Shown here in pieces: positions 1 through 12,008 of a stretch of DNA of 64,000 nt. Below the pieces are notes generated by a model, which saw only the letters and a list, made by a program, of their open reading frames with translations, was not told the DNA's origin and made no database searches. The position numbers and the translations under genes are program-made. The DNA comes from Neoconidiobolus thromboides FSU 785. Its lineage: Eukaryota; Fungi; Entomophthoromycota. The stretch is from positions 1-64,000 of the forward strand of contig MU626360.1 in NCBI GenBank assembly GCA_025603075.1, read 5' to 3'. Positions within the stretch are counted from its first letter, which is position 1. Each line of letters opens with the position of its first letter.

Positions 1-1457
1 AGTGACTTGTTTTTACCATCAATACCAAATTTAAACCAGAATAAAGACATTATTAAACCTGTACCTAAAAAACCAGCAATACATACTGCCGATCCAACAA
101 CATTCTTGGCCCCAGTAGGATCATATATACCAAGTAGAATATAAGGTGCTACAGCTGCAATTACTCGACCTGCAGCTACTGAAACACCAATACCAGTAGC
201 ACGTAGATGAGTTGGAAAAGCTTCTGTTATAGCTGGATATACTGTACCCATAACAGCAAAGTAAGAAAAGATATAATAACAATGAGCACCTTGAATAGCA
301 GCTTTGACATTAGGAGAATAATAAGCTGGTATAATTACTAAAGAGGCAATAATAGCATTGGTATAAACAATTGGTAAAAGGAATTTTCTACCAATTTTAT
401 CAATCAAATAAGCAGCAATTAAATAAGAAGCAATAGAACAAATAGTTCCATATAAGTAAGTCAATGAAACATCACCATCTTTGATATTAGCATCATTAAA
501 TACACCTAAGGACATGAGATTGGATTCACCATAATCAGCAAATGCTTGAGAGAAGTTCATAACCATACCAAATGCACAACGGAATGGGTATTTGACAAAT
601 AAACTTTTAACAACAGCAAACCAAGACATTTTTTCATGTGGTTTATAAGCAATCTGATTCTCACATGGTGGAGTATCATATTTATTATTAGGTTGACCAG
701 CAGATGTTTCAATAAATATGACTACTTCTTCAGCTTCTTGATAACGAGATTGAGCTAATAACCAACGAGGAGATTCAGGAAGTTTATGTCTAACAATTAA
801 AACAAAAATAGCAGCTGATCCACCAACAGCAAATCCAATTCTCCAATTATATGCTCTATCAACATAAGTTAATATAGGATATTGAATAGCATTAGCAACT
901 AAAGCACCTACAGCCCAAAAGCTCATTACAATTGTATTCACTTTACCACGATGTTTTGATGGGATAAACTCAGAGATTGTAGAGTTCACAGCAGTATATT
1001 CAGCACCTACACCAACAGCAGTCAAAAAACGGAATACTAAAAAGAAAGGATAATGGAATGAAGCAGCAGTAATACAAGTCATTAAAGAATAAAATAAGAT
1101 AGTAACAACAAAGGAAAGCTTTCTACCAAATCTATCACCAAAATAACCAAAACCTAAAGCACCAACTAAAGCACCCATCAACCATACAGTAGTAATAGCA
1201 CCTGCTGCTTGTGCAGTGATATTGAAATAAACTTTTAGATTATTAAGCATAGAAGATACAATAGTAATCTCAAAAGCATCAAATGCCCAACCTACACCAA
1301 GGATAACAGTCAATTTTGTATGCCATCTAGTCCAATTAAGATTATCTAGACGTTTGAATAAGTGGTTTGGGTCGGAAAATTCCTTGATGTGATCATTAGC
1401 CTCCTTTTGAAGTAGACTTGAGCCATCTCTGTTTATTTCCTTTTCTAATTTATTCAT
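1..1457 (-). CDS. Major facilitator superfamily transporter (sugar/organic-ion-like), 3' end runs off the window
   Basis: Open, intronless frame from ATG at 1457 (MNKLEKEINRDG...) to the window edge; absent from the ORF track because there is no stop in the window. Motifs: LGVGWAFDAFEIT (TM1), GYFGDRFGRK (motif A), FRFLTAVGVGAEY, EFIPSKHRG, LPESPRW; ends ...FGIDGKNKSL at the edge. Confidence 0.9.
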   Translation of the reverse strand, partial: MNKLEKEINRDGSSLLQKEANDHIKEFSDPNHLFKRLDNLNWTRWHTKLTVILGVGWAFDAFEITIVSSMLNNLKVYFNITAQAAGAITTVWLMGALVGALGFGYFGDRFGRKLSFVVTILFYSLMTCITAASFHYPFFLVFRFLTAVGVGAEYTAVNSTISEFIPSKHRGKVNTIVMSFWAVGALVANAIQYPILTYVDRAYNWRIGFAVGGSAAIFVLIVRHKLPESPRWLLAQSRYQEAEEVVIFIETSAGQPNNKYDTPPCENQIAYKPHEKMSWFAVVKSLFVKYPFRCAFGMVMNFSQAFADYGESNLMSLGVFNDANIKDGDVSLTYLYGTICSIASYLIAAYLIDKIGRKFLLPIVYTNAIIASLVIIPAYYSPNVKAAIQGAHCYYIFSYFAVMGTVYPAITEAFPTHLRATGIGVSVAAGRVIAAVAPYILLGIYDPTGAKNVVGSAVCIAGFLGTGLIMSLFWFKFGIDGKNKS

Positions 1458-2080
1458 CTTTTTTCCTATTTGTATTAGTTTTAAATAAAATAAAATGAAA
1501 TTTATATCTTTGTTTTATTATTACACTTTTTATATTTAACTATAATTTCTAGCGAGAATGACTTAGATTCCTTCTGATTGGCTATACCCCTCATATATTT
1601 TAATTTTCATGTTTTTTTGGATCAACCAAACATTTAGTTGATTACTAACGCACTTTCTAGACACCGAGTTTTATACCTTTAGCTGTCCTTCTATCACCTT
1701 GTATTGATTTCATCTCAAAAGAAACTAACAGTAAAGAAAGTATATCATTAATAATATTATATTAATTATTTAATCTGCTTTGAGTTGCTATGATACCCAT
1801 GATTAAATGGTTGAGATGAAATGTACAAACTATAGAATATATTGTGCTTTAAAAAGCTAATATGTGAGCAATAGATATCTTCTCTTTATAAATAAATGAG
1901 TTCAATAAAGCCAAATATGCTTTTAGAAAATAAAGTATAGCTATTATAATATTTTAATTAAAATATTACAAAAATTATTTTATCTACTTTTATTCAATTT
2001 TAATTTTTGAGTTTTCTTAATTTAAATTTACGCATTTTTAGTTGAAATTAAATGTCTCCAAATTTTATTTCTTAATTTCA

Positions 2081-2974
2081 ATGTTTAAAGAACGTTCCTT
2101 AAACCGTAGAAGTACTCAGTTAGCACCAAAAAAGCCATTTTTACCACAAGGGGAGGAAGATGATAATTCATTAAGAAAATTTAACTCGGTTGAAGATCTT
2201 AGAAAAAGGGCCCTAAAGGAAAGTAATTTACAAAATAATAAAGAACAAGAAGTAGAAAAAGATAATGAAAAAGACCATTATTCTCACTATTTTAAAAGAT
2301 ATGAAATTATGATAGAATTTGCCAATTTACGTAATCATAATCAGTGCCCCAATGGTGTTTATGTAATACCACTACCTGAGAATATAAATATTTGGTATGG
2401 TGTATTATTTATCCATAAAGGCTATTACAAAGGCGCGGTTTTAAAATTTCGTATAGATATACCTATTTCTTACCCAAACAGCTCCCCAAGCGTTACCTTT
2501 TTGACTGATGTTTTTCATCCTTTAGTGGACAAAAACGGCCAGCTTAATCTTGAATTTAAATTTCCATCATGGACTCCTAGATATGATCATATAATTGATA
2601 TTTTAAAATTTATAAAATCATGTTTTAAGGTAGCTGTACTTAATAATATAACCGAAGAGGCAACTTTTAATAAGCAGGCTTATCAACTTTATAACAATGA
2701 GCCACATTTATTTGCCCGGTTATCACAACAATGTACTAGATTATCACAATCTGAACAGGTAGCCTTTGAGAATCCAGAAGAAGATAATCCAATAAATTTC
2801 ATCCCATTGACCAATAATAAGTTTGAAGAGCTATATCCGCAATTTTTAGGGCCAACGGGATCCAAAATTATACACGGAACTAGTAATAGTCTGAAGCAAA
2901 CTTCATCTTTAGACAATGTCATTAGTAATATTAAAAAATCAGTTTCAACTAATATCAACAAGTTGTTTGATTAG
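2081..2974 (+). CDS. AKTIP: AKTIP/FTS-like ubiquitin-conjugating enzyme variant
   Basis: GVYVIP...IWYGVLFIHKGYYKGAVLKFRIDIPISYP...VTFLTDVFHPLV matches the AKTIP/FTS UEV pattern; no catalytic Cys after HPLV (DKNGQLNL). First ATG at 2081. Confidence 0.8.
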   Translation: MFKERSLNRRSTQLAPKKPFLPQGEEDDNSLRKFNSVEDLRKRALKESNLQNNKEQEVEKDNEKDHYSHYFKRYEIMIEFANLRNHNQCPNGVYVIPLPENINIWYGVLFIHKGYYKGAVLKFRIDIPISYPNSSPSVTFLTDVFHPLVDKNGQLNLEFKFPSWTPRYDHIIDILKFIKSCFKVAVLNNITEEATFNKQAYQLYNNEPHLFARLSQQCTRLSQSEQVAFENPEEDNPINFIPLTNNKFEELYPQFLGPTGSKIIHGTSNSLKQTSSLDNVISNIKKSVSTNINKLFD

Positions 2975-3800
2975 GTTTTTTAACTGTCCACTGTCTTGCT
3001 ATTACTAAATATTTTATTAAAATTAGTGTTTGGTTTTTTTGCCCCAACTAATCAAATTACTTCTTTATCAGTTTATTCTCCTTTTTTATCTTAACTTACA
3101 AAACGTTAATATAGTATTTAATACAACCATACTTGGTATTAATAGTATTTTAATTAGAATAGTATACAAACTGTAAAAGTTATAATCTAGCTTTATATAT
3201 TTTTATTTCAGAGTAATAAATTTGATTCTCCTTGCTCTTCAACCTATATATTATAACCAAGTAATCCTATAAATGACACTAAAAAATATTAAGTCTACTA
3301 CCTGTTCATTATTGAAGCATCATATTTGAGCCAAAAACCTTTAAGTTTAGGGACTATTAAATCCCTACTATTATACTTTAAAGAATCTTTGAAATTTAGT
3401 ACAAAATTAATTTTTAGAGTCCAAATACTATTTATGTTTACAGCCAACGTTTGATAATATGCCACTCATGCATGTACCTTTGTAGTACAATTATTAACTC
3501 TGTTTGTAACTTACATTCAAATATTGCCCAAATAAAAAATTTGACAATTGTTCTTATTTGATTTTTCAAGGTTTTTTATCAGTGATTATGAAATAAAAAG
3601 ATTTAATGCTAAGTAAATTAGGAATAAGCAGGGAAACAGACTGATTGGGCAAATCAATTAGTAACTATTGTCTATTAAAAATTGTATAAGCCAATAATAT
3701 CATTTAATTAAAATCAACTCAATTTAAAACCATTCTTTTTTATTACAATAGTATATAGAAGTTAATAAAAGTATAGCACTAGTTCAATAACATTAATAAA

Positions 3801-6800
3801 ATGGATTCTGACGACGAGTTTTTTGATGAATGTCCAATTTGTTATGAAGAAATAGACATTAAAGATTCAAATTTCAAACCTTGTCTATGCAGCTTTAAGG
3901 TATTATTAATTCTTTTTGATTCTTTTAAATTAATCCAAAAAGATCTGTTACTTCTGCTATGATCGTTTAGTGGCTAAAAACGAGCCATGCCCTGCATGTC
4001 GTAGAGAATATAAAAAAGAATATATAACTTACGAACCTATTTCGGAAGAAAAGTAAAATAATTAAATTTTACAAAAGCAAATTTAAACATTTAATAGAAT
4101 AGCAAAATACGAAGCTAAAAAAAGAAAGGAGCTTGGTTTGGATGATGATGACAAAAAATTCATGAGAAATGCTAGGATAACGCAGTATAATTTAGTATAT
4201 ATACAAGGGCTCCCAGAAAAATATGCAAATATTGAAGTAAGTTTTAAAAGTTTAATGGTAGTTTATTAATATCATTAGAACTTGAAAAAACATGAATGTT
4301 TTGGACGTTATGGAAAAATTACAAAGCTTGTATTTGCTAATAAGAAACCTGAAACAGATAAAAATGGAAGTTTGTATATAACTTACTCTACTAAAGCTGA
4401 AGCTGAAAATGCAATTCGAGAAATCCATAATCATCCCATATTTGGAGGAATAACAAAGTAATATTGCAAGATTGTTTTATTTTAGCTAATTTAAACTTTA
4501 GAGCCTCATTTGGTACTACAAAATATTGTAAATTTTACTTGAGGAAAATACCTTGTCCAAACAGTGGATGTCTTTATTTACATGATAAACAATTACCTGA
4601 AGAAGTTGGCACAAATGCACACTCAGCTCAAAGGTAACTTGAATAATATTCGTTGTTTTTTTAACATTTAATATTTTAGTAAAATAAAACATACAACCAT
4701 AAAAAATACAACTGGAAAACAGAAAACTAGTACTTTATCAATGGTATCTATTCCACAGGCTAAAGCAAAGTCTACTGGTATTAATATTTCTTGTTGCTTA
4801 CTTATGAAATTAACTATTTTTAGGATCAATGTTACCAAAATCTGTGGGTTGGGCAAAAGGAACAGCCTTTAATTCACATGAAAATGATACCAAGTCAGTG
4901 CTTTCTCAAAGTAATGAGTTTCCGGATTTACGAGCCGCTACAACAACAAAACCAAAAGTTGTTCCGCCTGTTAAGAAAGCTGCCAAAGCTCCAGCAATAT
5001 CTAGGCCTACAACCTCCATACCTGAAACAATTCCATCAAATGACTCTGAAGATGAGCGTTTTGAAAGTGAAGATGAAATAATCAACGAATCAAATCCAAT
5101 CTCTGGTTCACATGAAGGTGGCGATAGTGAACCTGTATCACATAATAATGAAAATATACAACCATCACCAAATAAAGTTACTGATCCCACTATGGAAGAG
5201 AATAAAGCATCGCCTGTGTCTTTAATTAATATTGAGAAAGCAGCTGATCTAGAGATAACGGCTCGCTTGGAAATCAAAGATGTCGAAGAGGGAGTTTCAT
5301 TAGAGCATTCTACAAAGGAAATGCCTGCTGAGGATAACAAGAATTTAGAAGTGGTTGAAGAAGCTGAGGGCGAGAAAAACATCGAACCATCAATAGAATT
5401 AAAGGATACAATAACTGTTCAACGTCCGGAATTCAACCGAGGCCCATCTCCACGTTCTAGTTTTAGTACATTAAAAATAGATGATATTAGAAGAATAGAT
5501 TTCCCAAGAAGATGTACAATACATTATTTCAAGGATCTCAACAGTACAGATAATATAAATCCAATCTTAGAGAGAAGTATAGATCAATTAGATTATAGGC
5601 ATATAAATACACCTGAGAGTCTTAATGTTAGTAATATTGATCTAAACCAAGATATAATAACATCACAAAATAATACAAACTATGTCAAAGAACAAGCTAA
5701 AGTTACTGCTTCGATAAAATTTGTTGAAAGAATAATTGATAGTCCAAACTCATCTTATGGTCAATCCCATATGTTTGAAGTTCAACCTAATCTTGAAGTT
5801 GGTTTAGTTAATGGAAGGGAAGAGATATCTCTTGATGAACTATTCCAAATAGCTACTCCAATGTCTCAAATTGCAGAACATCAATACACAAATGGTGATG
5901 AAGAGGTAGAAGGAAAGAACCAAAATCGAGAACAGGTTAGTAGTAATATAAATTTGGAACAATACCAAAATATAAATAGCAATAGCATAGAAACTGAGCA
6001 ACCTTTACCTCCTAATCATAGCCAAAACTTTAGATATATGCATCCAGGAAACAGTAATAATCCAGCTCATATGTTACCAAATAATTACATAAGCATGGAC
6101 AGTAAAAATCAGCATCAAAATATGATAGGACCTCATAATCAGGCAGTAATGAATAGCATTGAATATCAAAATAGATATAATTATAACCAAAATGTTCCTG
6201 TTGATCAAAATGTTAAATCTTTTGAACATGTGGCCCATCGTCCTGAGTATAAATTACCTCAGGGAAATGAAATTTCAGCTCTACACCCAACCAATATGCC
6301 TATGCATCCTCCACTTCAACGCCCATACTACCCCATGGTTCCTCCAAATCAAGGCATACCACATGGTTACATACCGCGACCTGCTTATCATGGCCCTATG
6401 GCCTATCCGCTTCCAAGACCCAATGTTATTCCGATTCCACCTCAGTTGCCTCCTATGAACCATATGCCAAATCATCCTTTTAATGGGCATATTCAATACC
6501 CATCCTTAAATAATATGTATATGAATCCAAACCAAATGCACAACTATGGTCCTCACAGTGAAAGCCCACGTTTATCAGGGGAGGGCCCAGAAGGAGAGGA
6601 AGATATTGTAGATTTAGATAACTCAGAGTCTCAAGAAAGTAAGGTAGCTAATATTAAAAAAGAAGGTATTTAAAAATATACATTTTTTTTCAATGTTTTA
6701 ATTATTATAGAACTTTCTACAAATATTGATAAAAATTATGTACAAAATAAGGAATCAAATTTAAATATTGAAAATCAACTTGATAGTGTAACATTAAAAA

Positions 6801-8051
6801 CTAACGCAATTAACAAAACTGCAGATCTACAATTAGAAGATAAAAAAATAAGATTTATTGAAGATTTATTATTTATCAGTAGCAAATCACAAATACCCGC
6901 TGGAATGCCAGTTCAAGATTTTATTTTGGCAGAAGTAGTAGGATCTATCCCACATTATAAACAGACTCCTTTTAGCTCATCTTTGGAGATTATTACAATT
7001 TTGAAAAAAGTGGTAAAAGAAAGACTAATGCCTCAAATTAACTTTGATAGGTACAATTTTACAATCGCATCAAATGATCGAATTATGCTATCTATTAATC
7101 AAATAATTGAACTTCCAAATCTACCTCAAGCAAACAATGACATACATAATCAAAATGAAGTTAGATCAGGTAAGCTAGATTTCCTTAGTATTTAGGTTAG
7201 TAATTAATATCGATAAGATGTATTAACTCACCTTTAAGTAGATAATGAAAAAGTAAATGCTAGCAAAACTGGGACAGAAGCAACCCTTGATAATCCTATA
7301 CAGGATAAAATAACTGTGGAAACTAATGTAGTAATTCATAATCCTTTATTTGAATTTATTTAATAATTGAATTTAGGACTCAACCAAAGATCTAAAAAAG
7401 AAGGCTACTTTTGCTGACAAAGTCTTAGAGCACTGCGAAACTATGAAAACTGGAGTAAAAAATAAACCCATCGAAAAAACTAATGTTCTTAGAGAGAACG
7501 AATCAGTAGAAGCTTTAAACAAAGATGAATCAAAAGTAGTCAATAATGAAGAAAAGATAGCAAATAATTTAGATATTAAATCTAAAGAAGAAAGTGGGCA
7601 AAAGAAATTTAAATTCACAAGCAACCCTCTATTTGAGATGAACTTTAAACCAACTTTAACCACCCTAGAAACTCCATTAACTAATGAGCAGTTAGAAATG
7701 ATCTATAATGGATTAGGATCTACTTATGATTATTTATCTACTTCCCTAAACACCCTTATTAGCACGGATAAATCATTAAATAATTTACTAACTCCTACAG
7801 TACCCGAAAAAAAAAAGGATAGCTTACAAAGTAAAAGTGATAAATTAATGGTATTGCTTTTAAAGAAAGAGGAAGAAGAAGCTATATACCAATATTTTGA
7901 AGTGGATGCTTCCAAATCGGAATTATTATTAAAGAACAACAAATTTAGAAAAGATGTTAAAATGTTTCGAATTGATGCGTTAAAGATATTAGCTGTGTAT
8001 GAAGCTATTGCTTCTACTTTTCAAAATATTTTAATGATTGAGATATTTTAA
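3801..8051 (+). CDS. NOT4: CCR4-NOT E3 ubiquitin ligase NOT4/MOT2 with long low-complexity C-terminal region (spliced)
   Basis: Spliced by hand: RING CPICYEEID..FKPCLCSFK|ICYFCYDRL...CPACRREY; RRM NLVYIQGL...FGRYGKITK; zinc finger FGTTKYCKFYLRKIPCPNSGCLYLH. GT-AG introns join these in frame to ORFs 4829-6673, 6905-7195 and 7443-8051. Confidence 0.85.
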
Positions 8052-8287
8052 ATTATTTCGTTATTATTTTTACATTTTCCTATTTTTTATTTCAATAAAG
8101 CTTTTTCATCAAGTGTTAGATTATTGTTTACTAGAGTTTAATTTATTACATTATAAGTTTACTGTATCAAAGTTTTCACTTTTATTCTAAAGAATTATTT
8201 TAAACTTAAATAGATAAGTAGAATACAAGTACATAATAAATTCTAAGGATTTAATTTAGGTTAAAAATAGTTATAGTTTATAGATAT

Positions 8288-8386
8288 GGGGATAAATTTT
8301 TTAGTTTCATTCCTTTTTCCATTTTTTAAGCGCTATTTGAGTGGAAAGATTGTTAGTAAAACTCTTAAACAAGAAAATACATCTCC
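8288..8386 (+). mobile_element. MITE-like element copy 1 (strand = arbitrary orientation F)
   Basis: GGGGATAA...ACATCTCC, flanks ATAT/ATAT. Confidence 0.85.
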
Positions 8387-8547
8387 ATATATTAAAAAAA
8401 CATTCTGCTTTAACTATTAACTGCTCTATTCAGCTTTATCCATATGTCTTCAACTTTAAATTAAATAAACATTAAGCATAAATCAAAATACCACCCTCAA
8501 TCGTGAAAAAGAATAAAAAAGAGTTTTGAATCTATTGTTAGATACAT

Positions 8548-8641
8548 GGGGATGTGTTTTTTTGAGAATTTTACTAACAAATCTTTCCACTCAAATAGCA
8601 TTTAAAAAATGAAAAATAATGAAATCAAAAAAAACGTCCCC
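8548..8641 (-). mobile_element. MITE-like element copy 2 (orientation R)
   Basis: GGGGATGT...ACGTCCCC, flanks ACAT/ATAT. Confidence 0.85.
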
Positions 8642-8758
8642 ATATAGTTTAGCAATTTATTCAAAAAAATCAAAATCGCAATACTACATCAATCTAGAAA
8701 AAAATTGATAGGTGTAAATTAACCACTTTTCTATCTTTGTTTTTATTTTCTAATATTT

Positions 8759-8856
8759 GGGGCTGTTTTTTTTGATTTCATTATTTTTCCGTTTTTTAAG
8801 CACTATTTGAGTGGAAAATTTGTTAGTAAAATTCTTAAACACAAAAATACAGCCTC
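8759..8856 (+). mobile_element. MITE-like element copy 3
   Basis: GGGGCTGT...ACAGCCTC, non-palindromic direct TSD ATTT/ATTT. Confidence 0.9.
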
Positions 8857-9061
8857 ATTTAATTTTTTTGATGTAAACTAAAGTTCGAAATAAAATGCCA
8901 CTACTGGAAACTAAGTTTTATAATAAGTAGAAATTTAATAACTTGCTTTGATACTCATATTTCGACATCTAATGACGTTGATAAAATGATCGAAAAATGG
9001 TTGAGGTAGGAGTATGTTTTAATATGAGATTACAACCTTTGGACTATTGTTTATCTTTAAA

Positions 9062-9990
9062 TTAACTAAGGCTTTTATATACAGCTATGATTATAATAAT
9101 TATAACTACAATAATAATTGCAGCAAGTATATATTTTTTCTAATAAAAATAAGCAATTATAAAACAAAAAAAATATCGAATACCTTTCTTGAGCTTTTAG
9201 CCAATTGAGTTGCTTGTACAAGCTGTTCATTAACCTCAACCAAATTTTCATTAGCTTCTACAACATGAGCTTCTATCTTTTCAATCAATATCTCTTGCTT
9301 TTCAACCATATATTGCATTTCATGATATAAATTATTCAACTCTTCAATACTTTTAACAATTTTTTGAATATCCATATGCCTATCTTGTACTTCTTTTAAT
9401 GCTCTTTTGGCCTCTCCCCCGCGTGCTGATTGTAAGACCGATTGTGCAAATACTGATTCATTATTGTCTCCGTCAATTGCTTCTTTAATTTCTTCTTCAG
9501 TTGCCTCTGGACGTACAATACGATATTGTCTTTCTATCCTTGCTTTTACTTGTTGACGATGCTTTTGTTCAACTTTTTGATAACTAGTAATACTATCCAT
9601 AAACTGTTTTTTTAAAGTATTGTATTGAGTTTTACGAATATTATCTTCAGAAGGATCAGTCAACTTGGTATCAATTAAATGTTGTAAACAGGTTTTTATC
9701 AGTTGCATTAAAACATGGGCTTCAGATGTCAATTGGTCTGTTTTATCACTGTGTTCTTTCTTATGTTGGTCTGATGCTACGTTTAAGGCTTGTTCATTTA
9801 AAATACTTATTTTTGCTATTATGGATTTAAAATCTTTAATATCACTTTTGATTTTCGAAATATCTGATAAATAAGAGGAATTATCTTCTGGTATGAATGA
9901 GAGAGAAGTTTGATAAATATTAGTCATTTCTAAATTATTGGAATTATTTTTAGTGGCTGCCTTTGCTTCTGCTAACCTGTCTCGTCCCAT
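9062..9990 (-). CDS. SSO1: Plasma-membrane syntaxin (Sso1/2-like Qa-SNARE)
   Basis: MGRDRLAE N-peptide, Habc domain, SNARE motif (EVQDRHMDIQKIVKSIEEL...). A 44-nt GT-AG intron (9140-9183) leads to the TM exon KKYILAAIIIVVIIIIIAVYKSLS*. Confidence 0.9.
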
Positions 9991-10036
9991 TTTTAATTAT
10001 AGAAAATATTGAAATATCAGGAGGTTTAATATAAAA

Positions 10037-10335
10037 ATATTGAAAAAGGTTTTTGAGTAGTTTTTAAATGAGCTATTTTGGGTTCATATAGGACTAATAA
10101 CAAATTTATTGGAAATATTAGTTGTTACTATACTCTTAAAGAACATAATCATTATTAGCTTAATTCGGTAATTTACTCTAAATATATTGAAAAAGGTTTT
10201 TGAGTAGTTTTTAAATGAGCTATTTTGGGTTCATATAGAACTAGTAACAAATTTATTAGAAATATTAGTTGTTACTATATTCTTAAAGAACATAATCATT
10301 ATTAGCTTAATTCGGTAATTTACTCTAAATATATT
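10037..10335. repeat. Tandem duplication, 2 x 147 bp
   Basis: TGAAAAAGGTTTTTGAGTAG... starts at 10041 and again at 10188; only about 4 substitutions between units. Confidence 0.95.
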
Positions 10336-10737
10336 TTTAACATTTTTATATCCCTTTTACAATGATTTATTTTAAATCTTATCTTTGAAATATCCTTAAC
10401 TATAAGCTTTGTACAGGTACCACACCAAGTTAATATTTGCGGATTATCCGAGAAATCTTTCATCTTTCTCTCTATTCGTAGAATGCAGGATTGCCTGGAA
10501 TAAAATTTTAATTTTGCGTGACAAGATCGAGTAAGGACAAGAAAGGAAAAGACATTCGCCTTCTTTGGACGAGTAGTCTATTTGTTGGGTTTTATTTTAT
10601 AGATTATACTTGGGAATTTTGCTCTTTCGAAAGCAAAAAACTATAAATTTATTTGAAGTGTTGCTACTTTACCAATTTAAACATGAACTGGAGATTTAAG
10701 TTGCAGTTGCTAGATATAAAAATAGAAATAACTATAT

Positions 10738-10834
10738 GGAGGTGTTTTTTTGACTTCATTATTTTTTCCATTTTTTAAGCACTATTTGAATGGAAAATTT
10801 GTTAGTAAAATTTTTAAACACAAAATACATTCCC
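10738..10834 (+). mobile_element. MITE-like element copy 4
   Basis: GGAGGTGT...ACATTCCC, flanks ATAT/ATAT. Confidence 0.88.
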
Positions 10835-11104
10835 ATATCTAGATTCAGTTAGTTCAAAAACTAAAATGCCCAATTCATGTTTAAATTGAGTCAGTAGTGC
10901 AATTGTAATAAATTACTCCCTAGTAGAGTATTTCTGTTAAAAATCACATATAGTACTATTGTGGTGTATTTGGTTCTAATAAAAAGATTCTTTAAATCCC
11001 TGTATTCAACGTTATAACGATCAAACTATTATGTTGAGTGCATTTTGCTCAAAATTTTATAATTTTGCTAGATATAAAAATATACCTAAGATCCTATTTC
11101 ATAT

Positions 11105-11203
11105 AGGGAGAGGTATTTTTTGATCCCATCGCTTTTCCATTTTTCAAGCGCTGTTTGAATAGAATAATTGTTGGTAAAAATTTTAAACAAAAAATATACC
11201 TCC
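11105..11203 (+). mobile_element. MITE-like element copy 5 (diverged; left end approximate)
   Basis: Core TTTTCCATTTTTCAAGCGCTGTTTGAATAGAA; right end ATACCTCC followed by ATAT. Confidence 0.75.
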
Positions 11204-11607
11204 ATATATAAATTTCAGAGCTATATCAAACTATTCCATCGTGATCTTTACGTTCCCTTCTTTACTATTGCCTGATATCCGCTTCATTTATCTTCTAAGA
11301 AATGGCCACCCTTGCTACAAACAATCTAGAAATAATAGGATTTAAAACTGGAACAAATAAAGATCACTATATTTAGTAACCGTGTTTATTTCAATTTATT
11401 TATTTTAAATACAATACATCTAAAGTTATACTGCGTCGTCTATTAATTATTTGACTATCATTATCGGCTCATCATATTGCTCCCTAACAAGGACAATAGT
11501 GTTTCTCATTATCTTATTTCTTACTGCTTGATATATCATACCTATTAAGGCGTAATATATTACAGTACCTCTCTTGGGCCATTCATCAGTCAATTTTATA
11601 TATATAT

Positions 11608-11705
11608 GGGAGTGTTTTTTTGGCTTCATTACTTTTTCCATCTTTTAAGCGCTATTTGAGTGGAAAAATAATTAGTAAAATTCTTAAATACAAAAATACA
11701 TCGCT
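11608..11705 (+). mobile_element. MITE-like element copy 6
   Basis: GGGAGTGT...ACATCGCT, flanks ATAT/ATAT. Confidence 0.88.
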
Positions 11706-12008
11706 ATATAATACTTTATATTTCATAGAGTTACACATATGAATCCAACGGTTGATTTTATTAAAAGTCATTTTTTTGATAAGAAACCAAGCTCATTTCA
11801 TGATTTCTACTAAAATAATAATATTTAAAAATAACAATAGAAATTTTGAAAATTATTTAATTATTTATTTAGTATACATGTTAGTAAAAGCTAATTACAT
11901 AATCTAAATTATCAACCCTTATTGCGATTGATCCTGTTTAAGATCAATTGATATAAAACTAGTACTAAAAATAAGGCTATATCTATCCATTAATCATTAT
12001 TTCCTCGT

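Noticed and set aside
2689-9874. Antisense or alternate-frame ORFs 2689-2961, 4252-4434, 4668-4856, 4878-5081, 4906-5382, 6159-6458, 6281-6496, 7373-7663, 7730-7942, 9665-9874
   Set aside because: Shadow ORFs over well-supported genes, with no recognisable domains.
11240-11345. Possible gag zinc-knuckle remnant (VCSKGGHF on the minus strand)
   Set aside because: Only part of the CX2CX4HX4C pattern, stops nearby, and no other retroelement motifs or LTRs.
11447-11641. Short ORFs 11447-11641, 15990-16181, 19784-20011 and 54069-54332 sharing KHKNTSP / FFPxFKxYLxGK-like peptides
   Set aside because: The shared peptides are translations of the MITE sequence they overlap, not a protein family.
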